From Calditrichia bacterium (lineage in GTDB: Bacteria > Calditrichota > Calditrichia > JAJRVZ01), in contig CAWCNS010000016.1 in the NCBI GenBank assembly GCA_963796965.1, positions 290,673 through 354,672 of the forward strand: a stretch of DNA of 64,000 nt, read 5' to 3'. The notes below the pieces were generated by a model. The model had not been told where the DNA came from. It did no database searches and was given only the letters and a program-made list of their open reading frames with translations. Position 1 is the first letter of the stretch, and every line of letters begins with the position of its first letter. The translations under genes and the position numbers were made by a program. Of the stretch, positions 35,436-45,329 are shown piece after piece.

Positions 35436-36819
35436 TCATCCAGCGTACTCAAGGCGTTTCTTTAATTCCTGCATTTTCTTTCTGAAAGTTTTATCCTCAT
35501 CCATCCTTTTTACCATCATTTTTTGTGCATAGATAACAGTGGTATGGTCCCGTCCGCCGAAGTGGAGTCCTATGTTGACGGTTGAGTGATTTGTTAATTC
35601 TACGCTAAGATACATTGCCGCCTGGCGAGCCAGGGCCACATGTTGTTTCCGATCCTTTTTCATAAACCGCTCTTCAGGTACATTAAAATGTTTGGATGTC
35701 ATTTGAATGATCTGCTCAATCGTAGAGCTGACGTGATCTTGGCTTTCCAATCTCTGCCACTACGCTTCTCGCCAATTCCAGGGTTGGCTCCGTTTGTGTC
35801 AATAGTACCTGGGCCATCAGCCTGGTTAACGCACCCTCCAGTTCACGGACATTATGAATAAGGTTTACAGCAAGAAATTCAATGATCTCATTGGGGATTT
35901 CCAGATCGTTCTCTTCGCATTTTTTACTTAATATAGCCATGCGGGTTTCCAGATCCGGTGGCTGTATATCTGCAATCAACCCCCATTGAAATCTTGAGAC
36001 AAGTCTTTCTTCTAAAAATCCAAGTTCAGCTATTGGGCGATCCGAAGTAAGTACAATCTGCTTTTCTTTTTGATGAAGTTCATTAAATGTATGAAAAAAC
36101 TCTTCCTGTGTTTTACCTTTATTGTTAAAAAATTGAATATCATCTATCAGGAGCAGGTCGCAAGAACGGTAAAAACTTGAAAACTCAATGGCTTTATTTT
36201 GTTGGATAGAAGATATAAAATGACTGGTAAAACTTTCACTGGACGTATAATATACCTTTAGATCAGGTTTTTTTTGTCTAACCTTATTACCAATTGCTTG
36301 AACAAGGTGGGTTTTTCCCAGACCTGTACCTCCATAAATAATCAGCGGATTGTAATTGGTCTTTCCGGGCGCATCGGCCACGGCGCTGGCAGCGGCATGG
36401 GCAAATCGGGTGCCATCGCCAACAATAAAATTTTCAAAATTATACTGCGCATTTAGATTCGTTTCGATTCGTGGCGATGCTTGTTTGGTGGCAGGAACCG
36501 GTTCTGTCTCAAAGGTATTACCGGTGTATGGCGAGGAGTAGGTTTCGTCTGCCATCACCTCATATTTTATTCCTAAAGAATGACCGGCAACCTGCGCGAC
36601 AGCATTTTGGAGTAGTTTTAAGTAATGATTATCAAGCCACTCACAGAAAAATTTGTTAGGAACCCTGAGAACAATAAAAGTTTCCGTCAGAGAAGTGGCT
36701 TTTAGAGGTGCAAACCAGGTTTGAAAACTACGTGGATTAATGTTTTCTTTAATGATTTCAAGACTTTCATTCCAGATGTGTTCGTACGAAGCCTGGGTGG
36801 CTTCTAAACTATTGGACAT
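35436..36819 (-). CDS. dnaA: Chromosomal replication initiator DnaA, frame broken between about 35716 and 35760
   Basis: Walker A GGTGLGKTHL, Walker B LLIDDIQF, sensor motifs in the 35716-36819 frame; DNA-binding domain IV (ARQAAMYL ... FGGRDHTTV) in the adjacent 35436-35750 frame. Confidence 0.85.
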
Positions 36820-37352
36820 ATTGGATTTCCCTCACCTTTTCTGCAGTTATCCACACTGAAAATTTACAAAATATTTTTAGATTGCCACCTATGTTTTTAT
36901 TGCAATACGTGAGACAATAAACCAACGAAACATTGATAACTATCTGTTATATTTGAGGTTATGCACTGTTATAAAACGTTGGAGATTATTGGTGGCCGGG
37001 ATAGGCACTGTTCAGGCTGTGAATAATTAAAAAGTTATTCACAGCTTATTCACATGCTTAATTTCTCCCTCTATCAGTTTAAGAAGCAGGAATTAAGAGT
37101 CAAGTTTTTTACCTAAGTTTTTTCATATTTTTTGTGTATTTTTAGTTTCACGTTAAACAATAGTTCAACCGAGAAGAGGTAGTTGCAATGTGGATATAGA
37201 GTTAGGCTATATTTTTTATTTAGCCACCCTCAAGATTTGATTAACAATACAATTTATAGCATTCTTTTTAGTGAGATTTATGATAATTATTTGTAATATT
37301 TCAATCCACATGCAATATATTGAGTATCGGAAGAAATTAACAGGAGCACTGG
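36820..37352. other. Candidate oriC: DnaA-box cluster and AT-rich tract upstream of dnaA
   Basis: Perfect TTATCCACA at 36847-36855; TTATTCACA-type boxes at 37018-37026 (reverse orientation), 37035-37043 and 37046-37054; ATATCCACA-type at 37189-37197; ATCCACA at 37304-37310; flanked by AT-rich stretches. Confidence 0.6.
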
Positions 37353-37736
37353 ATGGAACGAGAAATTATTTTTAGTAAAGAAGCACCCGATCCCATTGGG
37401 CCTTATAGCCAGGCAATAAAATTTGGACAATTAATATTTACTTCCGGTCAGATTGCAATCGACCCAGCTAGTGGTGATGTGGTCGAGGGATCTGTCATTG
37501 AACAAACCGAACAAGTCCTTAAAAATCTTAAAGCTGTTCTGGAAGAGGCGGGATCATCTTTTGATAAGGTCGTTAAAACGACAATATATCTAAAAAACAT
37601 GTCTGATTTTGCTCAGGTCAATAAAGTCTATGGCAGTTATTTCGGTGGATCTTTACCGGCCAGAGCAACTGTTGAGGTGGCCAGATTACCAAAAGATGTA
37701 TTGGTGGAGATTGATTGTATTGCCTCCGGTGAGTGA
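37353..37736 (+). CDS. ridA: RidA/YjgF family reactive-intermediate deaminase
   Basis: 127-aa protein with the conserved YjgF-family core (PIGPYSQA ... TTIYLKNM ... [12 protein letters not shown]). Confidence 0.8.
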   Translation: MEREIIFSKEAPDPIGPYSQAIKFGQLIFTSGQIAIDPASGDVVEGSVIEQTEQVLKNLKAVLEEAGSSFDKVVKTTIYLKNMSDFAQVNKVYGSYFGGSLPARATVEVARLPKDVLVEIDCIASGE

Positions 37737-37986
37737 TAATTCATTTTAGGTAAATAATTCTATTTGACACAATGAGCCTAAGGTATTAATTTTCAATGAG
37801 TTCTAAGCGAATATTAATAAATCAGGAATCAGGAAATTGGTGTTGGTAATTGGTAATTGGGTATATGGGATTTGGATACCTGATATTCCTCACTGAATTT
37901 TCTACTACAGAATTCCAAATTTCACGTACTTTAATTTTAACATAAACATATAATTATTGTAACATCTAACATACCTGGTAGACAAT

Positions 37987-38862
37987 ATGCCCAACTACAA
38001 AATCATTGTAAATCCGGCAGCTTCCCGAGGAAAATGTTTGCATAGGGCTGAAGAGGTGCGCATTTTCTGTGACGCGAATCGCCTCGATTATGATCTGGTC
38101 TATACACAGAAACAGGGCGATGCACAAATGTATGCCAAGGCTTCTCGGGACAAGTTTGAATGTGTCGTAGCGGTGGGGGGAGATGGTACAATAAATGAAA
38201 TTGTAAATGGACTTATGGGGGGCAACGCCAAGTTGGGTATTGTTCCAATAGGGAGTGGTAATGATTTTATTCGGGCAATTGATATTCCTTCCAGTATAAA
38301 TGCCGCCCTTCAGAATTTGATTAGAATGAAAACTCAAAAAATTGATATAGGAAAAGCAGGTGATCGATATTTCCAGAATGGATTGGGAATTGGATTTGAT
38401 GCCTGGGTAGTAAAACGTTTATTGGAAATCAGGAAACTAAGCGGTACTGCCATGTATCTTTATGCAGTAATAAAGACGATTTATAGTTACAAACCACCAA
38501 CTGTTCATCTTTCTTATAATGACATTAATCGAACAGAAAAATTCTATCTTATAACAGTTGGAAACGGTACCAGTCTCGGAGGGGGATTTAAGTTAACCCC
38601 TGATGCCATAATTGATGATGGATTATTTGATCTGAATATTATAAGAAATTTGAATAAGATAGAAATTTATCAGAATTTAATCGGTGTCTTTTCTGGAAAA
38701 CATGTCCGATTGCCACAAGTAACTATGGACAGGTCGGACCATGTCCGAATAGAATCGGAAGAGGGATTTGCTGCACATGTTGATGGAGAACTCCTCTCCT
38801 TAGATCTTAGTTCGCTGGATGTTAAACTTCTACCGAAAGCCCTTGAAGTTGTTGTTTCATAA
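37987..38862 (+). CDS. Diacylglycerol-kinase-family lipid kinase (YegS/BmrU-like)
   Basis: DAGK catalytic-domain motifs VVAVGGDGTINE and GIVPIGSGNDF. Confidence 0.75.
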   Translation: MPNYKIIVNPAASRGKCLHRAEEVRIFCDANRLDYDLVYTQKQGDAQMYAKASRDKFECVVAVGGDGTINEIVNGLMGGNAKLGIVPIGSGNDFIRAIDIPSSINAALQNLIRMKTQKIDIGKAGDRYFQNGLGIGFDAWVVKRLLEIRKLSGTAMYLYAVIKTIYSYKPPTVHLSYNDINRTEKFYLITVGNGTSLGGGFKLTPDAIIDDGLFDLNIIRNLNKIEIYQNLIGVFSGKHVRLPQVTMDRSDHVRIESEEGFAAHVDGELLSLDLSSLDVKLLPKALEVVVS

Positions 38863-39664
38863 AGAGCAAATTATAAATATAGTTCTGGTAGGAATGTTGA
38901 TCCTCCAATCTATTCTCTATGCTCAGAATACTGATTCAACCTATTCTGAAGTTGTGGATTCTGCCCAGGTGCAATTATTAGATTCTCTAAACCTGATCAT
39001 GGCTGATCCGGCTGATACGATAAAGACAAGTCTTTGGCCGGCCCTGATTCGCTCAGCCATTATCCCGGGATGGGGGCAGATTGAACAGGAGCATCCGGGC
39101 CGTGCCGTTGCTTTTTATGGGTTGGGTCTGGCCTGTCTCTATAATATTGCCTATCAGTATCACTGGTATAATAAAACAAATGATAACAGTAATATGGTTG
39201 GTTTGAGACGATATACGATTATTTATTTAAATGTATGGGCGCTTAATCTTGCCGACGTTATTATCAGCTATGAAACAGGCAATGATAAACCCTGGCCACA
39301 AGATATGTATAGTGATATACCTCTAAAGTCACCCTGGGGAGCTGTGGCGCGATCGGCGATGCTTCCGGGTTGGGGGCAATGCTATAACGAGTCCTATGCT
39401 AAATCAGTCATTGCCTTTGGCGCGTTTTTTTATTTTGCAAACCGGATTTATAGTTATGAAAAACAATACAGAGAGACCGACGATATTTCCTACCGGGATA
39501 AACGGGTGACCAATACCTGGTATCTCGGTTTTACTTATTTTCTCATTTTGGTTGACGCTTATATTGATACGTATCTTTATAAATTTGATGAGACAATACA
39601 ATTTTCCTACCAATATCGACCAATTGAAAAAACATTTACCCTCGGAGTCAATGTTGTGTTTTAA
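38819..39664 (+). CDS. DUF5683-like membrane-associated protein with repeated PGWGQ motifs (start uncertain)
   Basis: Two IIPGWGQ / MLPGWGQ motifs; the track start overlaps the upstream gene by 44 bp, so an internal start is possible. Confidence 0.5.
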   Translation: MLNFYRKPLKLLFHKEQIINIVLVGMLILQSILYAQNTDSTYSEVVDSAQVQLLDSLNLIMADPADTIKTSLWPALIRSAIIPGWGQIEQEHPGRAVAFYGLGLACLYNIAYQYHWYNKTNDNSNMVGLRRYTIIYLNVWALNLADVIISYETGNDKPWPQDMYSDIPLKSPWGAVARSAMLPGWGQCYNESYAKSVIAFGAFFYFANRIYSYEKQYRETDDISYRDKRVTNTWYLGFTYFLILVDAYIDTYLYKFDETIQFSYQYRPIEKTFTLGVNVVF

Positions 39665-39668
39665 ACGC

Positions 39669-40061
39669 ATGTCCTATTTACTTATTTTACCATGTTTGAT
39701 GTTGCACTCATCCTTACAACAACTATCTGCCAGCGAAAAGCCTGAAACGCTTGATGCTTATGTTAAAAAGTTTGCTGTAGGAGAGAAGAAAAAAAGTTCT
39801 GATACGTGGTTCTCGCCTGATAAAGGTTATCATCTGGTTGGTAGTATGATTGGTACAACATTTTTCGGTCAAATAAGCCAACATGGCTTTAGTTCAAATT
39901 CGCAAGAATCCCGGTATATTGGAGCCGGGATAACTTTCTCTTTGGGATTGGCTAAAGAAATTTATGATTGCGGAAAGCCAAATAATATTTTTTCATGGAA
40001 GGATCTCACTGCAAATTGTGTTGGAATTATGATAGGTATTGTTCTATTAGGGGTTCATTGA
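39669..40061 (+). CDS. Hypothetical small lipoprotein-like protein (possibly DUF2279/YfiM-like)
   Basis: Start moved to the internal ATG at 39669 (MSYLLILPCLML signal-like segment); weak resemblance around WFSPDKGYH. Confidence 0.4.
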   Translation: MSYLLILPCLMLHSSLQQLSASEKPETLDAYVKKFAVGEKKKSSDTWFSPDKGYHLVGSMIGTTFFGQISQHGFSSNSQESRYIGAGITFSLGLAKEIYDCGKPNNIFSWKDLTANCVGIMIGIVLLGVH

Positions 40062-40062
40062 C

Positions 40063-41109
40063 GTGCATGATCTATTACATGAATATGTTGGCGTTATTCA
40101 CATACACTCAACCTACAGTGATGGGATGCGTCCAATTCCGGAAATCGCTCAAATTGCAAGCGAAGTAAGCCTCGATTTTTTAATGTTTACGGATCATAAT
40201 ACTTTGCAGCCTAAACGTGATGGTATGGAAGGTTGGTATAATGGCGTCTTGATCTCAACAGGATATGAAATCAATGATGCTGATGATCTTAACCACTATT
40301 TAACATTTGGACTTGATCGTGAACTTCCCCAAAATCTAAAACCTGCTGAGTATGTAAAAGAGGTCGATAAGCAGGGAGGTTTTGGAATTATTGCACATCC
40401 TGATGAGAAGCGAAGCGCTATAAAAGAGTTCCCCCCTTATCCCTGGACCGTCTGGGATTCAGATAAATTTCATGGTATTGAAGTTTGGAATCAAATGTCA
40501 GAATGGATGGAGGGTCTGACGCATTTTAATAAATATTGGCGTATTCTCCATCCACGCCGCTCCATACTTGGCCCTATGCCGGAAACACTTGAAAAATGGG
40601 ATATTGTAAACCAGCGAAGAAAAGTGTTGGGGATTGGAGGCGTAGATGCCCATGGTCATAAATATAAATTATGGGGTCTCTTTCAAATTACGGTATTCCG
40701 ATATAAGGTGCTCTTTAAGACCATTCGTATCCACATCCTTACTGATAAAGCTTTTGCCGGAGAAGGCGATCACGAGATGGATATACAGAATCTCTATCAA
40801 AGTCTCCGTGACTGTCGATGTTTCATTTCCAATTATTATTGTGGTGATGCAAAAGGTTTTCGATTCCAGGCTGAAAATAAAAGAGAAAAAGTGGAAATTG
40901 GAGGCCAATTAAAATTTGATAAATATACCCACTTACATGTAAATTTGCCACAGACCGCAGTGGTACACCTGATAAAGAATGGCCAAAAAATTTCTGTACA
41001 AAAAGGTGATTCACTGGTATTTGAAATAAACGGGCCAGGTTCCTATCGGGTTGAAGCTTATTACTTCGAACGACCCTGGATATTCTCCAATCATATTAGC
41101 ATAATCTAA
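40063..41109 (+). CDS. PHP-domain metal-dependent phosphoesterase
   Basis: N-terminal PHP motif IHIHSTYSDG and downstream His/Asp clusters (FTDHNTL, IAHPDE, GVDAHG); GTG start. Confidence 0.7.
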   Translation: MHDLLHEYVGVIHIHSTYSDGMRPIPEIAQIASEVSLDFLMFTDHNTLQPKRDGMEGWYNGVLISTGYEINDADDLNHYLTFGLDRELPQNLKPAEYVKEVDKQGGFGIIAHPDEKRSAIKEFPPYPWTVWDSDKFHGIEVWNQMSEWMEGLTHFNKYWRILHPRRSILGPMPETLEKWDIVNQRRKVLGIGGVDAHGHKYKLWGLFQITVFRYKVLFKTIRIHILTDKAFAGEGDHEMDIQNLYQSLRDCRCFISNYYCGDAKGFRFQAENKREKVEIGGQLKFDKYTHLHVNLPQTAVVHLIKNGQKISVQKGDSLVFEINGPGSYRVEAYYFERPWIFSNHISII

Positions 41110-41128
41110 CAATATTGGTAGACTAATT

Positions 41129-42532
41129 ATGTATATAGATGATGATCAGCCCAAAGAATTTTGTGGTATTGTTGGTGTATATGGTACTCCCGAGGCTTCT
41201 ATACTATCTTACCTGAGTTTATACTCTCTACAGCATCGTGGACAGGAAAGCGCCGGAATAGCCTCTAGCGACGGAGAGCAAATCTATAAACATCTTGGGA
41301 TGGGGCTTGTCTCAGATGTGTTTAATGAACAAATCCTGAATGAACTTCCCGGACATCTGGCTATTGGTCATAACCGCTACTCTACTACCGGTTCTTCCAA
41401 TGTGCAGAATATTGGACCGATAGTAGTGAACCATCGGCTTGGAACAATTGGTGTCGCCCACAATGGGAATTTGGTTAATTCATTTACTCTACGAGAAAAA
41501 TTAGAAAAAAGAGGATCCATTTTTCAAACGACGACCGACAGTGAGGTGATCCTCCATCTTGTCGCAAAGTCTAAAGAAGAAACGATCGAAGCTAAAATTC
41601 TTGATGCTGTCAGGCGTATAAAGGGTGCATTCTCTTTAGTTTTCCTTACCCGGGATAAAGTTATAGCTGTACGTGATCCGCATGGGTTCAGGCCACTCGC
41701 CATTGGAAAAAAGGGAGATGCATATATTTTTGCCAGTGAAACCTCAGCCTTTGATCTGATCGGCGCTGAATATGTTCGTGATGTTAAATGTGCAGAGATG
41801 CTGGTTGTTGATGGGCAGGGATTGCGGTCATATGAGATACAGAAGAAAATAAAACCAACCCATTGTGTGTTTGAGTTTATTTATTTCTCGCGTCCTGATA
41901 GTCAAATATTTAACGAATATGTTGATAAAACAAGACGAAAGTTGGGTAAAAACCTGGCAATAGAAAATCCCTGCGATGCAGATATCGTAATAAGTGTTCC
42001 TGATAGCAGCAATACGGCCGCGCTAGGGTATGCCGCGAGAAGTGATGCAAAATTTGAGATTGGTTTGATTCGAAATCACTATGTAGGAAGAACTTTTATC
42101 CATCCAAAACAGAAATTGCGGGATATGAATGTTCGTATAAAATTCAATACTGTGGGCGGTGTGATAAAAGACAGAAGAATAATCATTGTTGATGATTCAA
42201 TTGTTAGGGGTACGACGCTTCGGGCATTGGTCAAGCGTTTAAGAGATGCAGGAGCGAAAGAAGTTCATGTACGTGTAAGTTCCCCTCCCATTATTTACCC
42301 TTGTTTTTATGGTATGGATTTTCCTACGAAGGAGGAACTTATTGCAAGTCAGAAGGAGGTCGAAGAGACGGCTGCATACCTGGGTGCCGATTCCCTCCGC
42401 TATCTCTCCTTAGAAGCGATGCTGAACGCCATGCCTAAAGACAATGGACAGGCCTATTGCACAGCGTGCTTTAGTGGAAAGTATCCTATTCAGATTGAAG
42501 AAAAGCAATTTAAAGAGCGTAATGAGGGCTGA
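41129..42532 (+). CDS. purF: Amidophosphoribosyltransferase
   Basis: N-terminal nucleophile Cys in CGIVGVYG; PRPP-binding IIIVDDSIVRGTT; full-length 467 aa. Confidence 0.9.
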   Translation: MYIDDDQPKEFCGIVGVYGTPEASILSYLSLYSLQHRGQESAGIASSDGEQIYKHLGMGLVSDVFNEQILNELPGHLAIGHNRYSTTGSSNVQNIGPIVVNHRLGTIGVAHNGNLVNSFTLREKLEKRGSIFQTTTDSEVILHLVAKSKEETIEAKILDAVRRIKGAFSLVFLTRDKVIAVRDPHGFRPLAIGKKGDAYIFASETSAFDLIGAEYVRDVKCAEMLVVDGQGLRSYEIQKKIKPTHCVFEFIYFSRPDSQIFNEYVDKTRRKLGKNLAIENPCDADIVISVPDSSNTAALGYAARSDAKFEIGLIRNHYVGRTFIHPKQKLRDMNVRIKFNTVGGVIKDRRIIIVDDSIVRGTTLRALVKRLRDAGAKEVHVRVSSPPIIYPCFYGMDFPTKEELIASQKEVEETAAYLGADSLRYLSLEAMLNAMPKDNGQAYCTACFSGKYPIQIEEKQFKERNEG

Positions 42533-43478
42533 AAAGAATAACAGTTGGCTTTCCCGCCTGGATTATATTTTCCTCCTAAGACCCATGCTGTTTTTTCCTG
42601 GCTGGTCAACTATGCTGGCAGGTTATTTTATATCCACAAAAGATTACCTGATACCAATTCCTGGCCAAGATGTCGGCTATCTGACTATCTTCCTGTTGAT
42701 CTCTGGTTTTGCCATGCTCATGGGCAGCGCCTTTGTACTTAATCAATTAAGAGATATTGAAAGCGATAAAAAAAATAATAAATTATTTATTATATCAGAT
42801 GGAATTGTATCACCCTCTTCCGCCAGGAAAGAAGTCTTTATTCTTACGGTGCTATCAATAATCATAGGATTTTATCTTAATTATTTTGTAGGTATCCTAT
42901 TTATCTTATTTTTTGTTATAACGGGCATATTATATAATTATAAGCCTGCTTCCATGAAAGATCGACCCTGGGGATCTCTAATTGCCAATGCTTTAATGGG
43001 GTGGCTGGCATTTAGTATTGGCTGGTCGGTGAACTTTGAACCAGGAATGCCGCTGATCATCGACTCGCTCCCTTATTTTTGCTTTAACACAGCTCTATAT
43101 TTATTTACGCTTTTGCCTGATGTGAAGGGTGATAGGGTGGCAGGCAAGAAAACATTAGCAGTCGTACATGGAACAAAGAAGGTGATTCTCTGGGCATCCC
43201 TTCTATATGCTATTGGTCTGATAATTACAATTGCTGTTGTTGATTACCAGGCTCTTTTATTCTATCTGCTTTCGTTGCCATTTTTCGTGAAGAGTATCGC
43301 CACACGCCAGGTTCCTGATGCAATCAGAACCACAAAGTTTGGTATATTATTCTTTGCCCTGAGCATATGTTTACGCTGGCCCTATTATCTCGGGTTAATG
43401 GTTGCGGGATTTTTTATAACAAAATGGTATTTTAAGCATAGATTCGATTTTGAATATCCCAATTTTGCAGGGAAATAA
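42522..43478 (+). CDS. UbiA-family aromatic/isoprenoid prenyltransferase (integral membrane)
   Basis: Polytopic membrane protein with NQxxDxxxD (NQLRDIESD) and a second Asp-rich motif DVKGD; start placed at the ATG at 42522 overlapping the purF stop. Confidence 0.6.
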   Translation: MRAEKNNSWLSRLDYIFLLRPMLFFPGWSTMLAGYFISTKDYLIPIPGQDVGYLTIFLLISGFAMLMGSAFVLNQLRDIESDKKNNKLFIISDGIVSPSSARKEVFILTVLSIIIGFYLNYFVGILFILFFVITGILYNYKPASMKDRPWGSLIANALMGWLAFSIGWSVNFEPGMPLIIDSLPYFCFNTALYLFTLLPDVKGDRVAGKKTLAVVHGTKKVILWASLLYAIGLIITIAVVDYQALLFYLLSLPFFVKSIATRQVPDAIRTTKFGILFFALSICLRWPYYLGLMVAGFFITKWYFKHRFDFEYPNFAGK

Positions 43479-43484
43479 TTATTG

Positions 43485-43625
43485 GGAGAGAAGGGCGAAG
43501 ACGTGGAGCGTGGAGAGTTGAGCGAAAAGTGAAAAGAGAAGACAGAAAACGTGGAGCGTGGAGAGTAGAGCGTGCAGGGGCAGACCGCGTCGAAGATCCC
43601 GTTATACGGGGAGTCTGTCCTGGAT
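43485..43625. repeat. Composite intergenic repeat, copy A: direct repeats ACGTGGAGCGTGGAGAGT plus GGGGCAGACCGC-hairpin module
   Basis: ACGTGGAGCGTGGAGAGTNGAGCG occurs twice (43501-43523, 43549-43571); followed by GCAGGGGCAGACCGCGTCGAAGATCCCGTTATACGGGGAGTCTGTCC with a GC-rich stem-loop; related copies at 49306-49400 (inverted) and 50400-50470. Confidence 0.7.
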
Positions 43626-43882
43626 AGTGTTATCATGAATATGAATGCGACCGAAAAAATATATAAACGTCAAAGACGTCAAAGAAGGCACGAAGTACAC
43701 AAAGAACTATTTCTTATTTAAATCTTCATCATCTTAGTGCCTTCTTTGCGAACTTTGTGGTAGTCTTTTTAAATTTGACCCCTTAAAACGGGGCGCTCAG
43801 AATATTTAATTATAAATAATTCGTGAAATATGTTAAAATTAGTGGCATTCGTGGATAAAAGTATTCATTATTAATGCAGAAC

Positions 43883-43932
43883 CAAGTATCCAGAATCGAG
43901 CATCGAGAATCGAGAATCAAGTATCGAGAATC
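43883..43932. repeat. Short tandem repeat array (about 7-bp unit AATCGAG, 6 imperfect copies) just upstream of the ferredoxin start codon
   Basis: GAATCGAG CATCGAG AATCGAG AATCAAG TATCGAG AATCAAG read directly from the sequence. Confidence 0.7.
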
Positions 43933-43938
43933 AAGAAT

Positions 43939-44118
43939 ATGATTAAATTATATGAAAATACCTGCGATTTTTGCGGTACTTGTGTCGGTGTCTGCCCGGA
44001 AAATTGCATAGAATTGGAAGAAACCAGACTTACGGTAGATCACGATTTATGCACCCTCTGTAATAAATGTGTATGGATCTGTCCCGTGGAAGCTCTTTAT
44101 AAAGAAAATGTAACATGA
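43939..44118 (+). CDS. Small 2x[4Fe-4S] ferredoxin (FixX-like), not in the supplied ORF track (59 aa)
   Basis: Translation MIKLYENTCDFCGTCVGVCPENCIELEETRLTVDHDLCTLCNKCVWICPVEALYKENVT: two CxxCxxCxxxCP motifs; its stop overlaps the start of the downstream flavoprotein (ATGA). Confidence 0.7.
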   Translation: MIKLYENTCDFCGTCVGVCPENCIELEETRLTVDHDLCTLCNKCVWICPVEALYKENVT

Positions 44119-45311
44119 AAATAGATGAATGCTATGATGTAATCGTTGTTGGTGCTGGTCCTGCCGGAAGCCTGGCTGCTTATACGGCTGCAAAGGAAGG
44201 TGTATCAGTACTCTTGCTGGAAAAGGACAGGGAAATTGGCACACCGGTAAGATGTGCTGAAGCGGTGGGAAAAGACAGCCTTGATAATCTGCTTGATCAG
44301 GGCATTGATCCCAAATGGTTGGCAGCTACGATAAAAAAGTTCAGATTTGTTGCCCCCGACGGTTCAATCGTTTACCCGCAGGTGCCGATGACCGGCTATG
44401 TGTTAAATCGGAAGATTTTTGATTATGATTTGGCTCGTTATGCTGCTGAGGCAGGAGCGGTCGTTAGAACAAGAGCTTATGTCTCTGCTCTCTTGTGGGA
44501 AAATGATGCGATTGCTGGTGTAAAATGCCTGTTAGGTAAAGAAGAAAAGTACATAAAATCAAAAATAGTTATTGGGGCAGATGGGGTTGAATCAAGAGTG
44601 GCACGTTGGGCAAATATTGATACAACGACGGCAATGCGTGATATGGAAACATGCTCTCAGATGACCCTGGCGAATTTGTCCATCGATGATGATACATGTG
44701 CTTTCTACTTTTCGCAGAAAAAATTCCCGGGAGGATATGCCTGGGTCTTTCCTAAAGGCAATGGTACTGCAAATGTCGGATTGGGAATTTCAGGAAATAA
44801 TGCCCGCCAAAAATCAGCAGATTCCCTGCTCGCGTCATTTGTGGCGGAAACATTTCCTGCTGCATCTGTATTAAATAAAACCGTGGGTGGCGTGCCTTGT
44901 GCAGATCGCCCGAAAAAGATTTCTGCACCTGGTTTGCTCCTGGCCGGGGATGCCGCCATGCAAACTAATCCGGTTTCCGGAGGTGGAATCGCTACGGGAA
45001 TGACGGCTGGAAAAATAGCGGGAAGGATTGCAGCCAAGGCCATTAAATCTAATGACGTTTCTTTATCTTTTTTTGAAACCTATGAAAAAGAGTGGGACAA
45101 AGCCTGTGGAAATATCCAAAAACGTTATTACCGGTTAAAGGAAGGAATTAGTAAACTCACCGATGAGCAATTGAATAGAACGGCCGCTACCTTGAAAGAC
45201 GTCCCTCTGGAAAAACAAACACTAGTAAAGATTTTTCAGACAGCATTAATCAAACAACCGGCATTACTTGTAGATGTTCTAAAGACACTAAGTCCGTTTT
45301 CCAAACGATAA
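44115..45311 (+). CDS. FAD-dependent oxidoreductase of the geranylgeranyl-reductase / FixC family
   Basis: N-terminal FAD motif DVIVVGAGPAGSLAA, typical GGR-family length (398 aa), translationally coupled to the upstream ferredoxin. Confidence 0.75.
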   Translation: MKIDECYDVIVVGAGPAGSLAAYTAAKEGVSVLLLEKDREIGTPVRCAEAVGKDSLDNLLDQGIDPKWLAATIKKFRFVAPDGSIVYPQVPMTGYVLNRKIFDYDLARYAAEAGAVVRTRAYVSALLWENDAIAGVKCLLGKEEKYIKSKIVIGADGVESRVARWANIDTTTAMRDMETCSQMTLANLSIDDDTCAFYFSQKKFPGGYAWVFPKGNGTANVGLGISGNNARQKSADSLLASFVAETFPAASVLNKTVGGVPCADRPKKISAPGLLLAGDAAMQTNPVSGGGIATGMTAGKIAGRIAAKAIKSNDVSLSFFETYEKEWDKACGNIQKRYYRLKEGISKLTDEQLNRTAATLKDVPLEKQTLVKIFQTALIKQPALLVDVLKTLSPFSKR

Positions 45312-45329
45312 AAGGACTTAGATTTTAGG

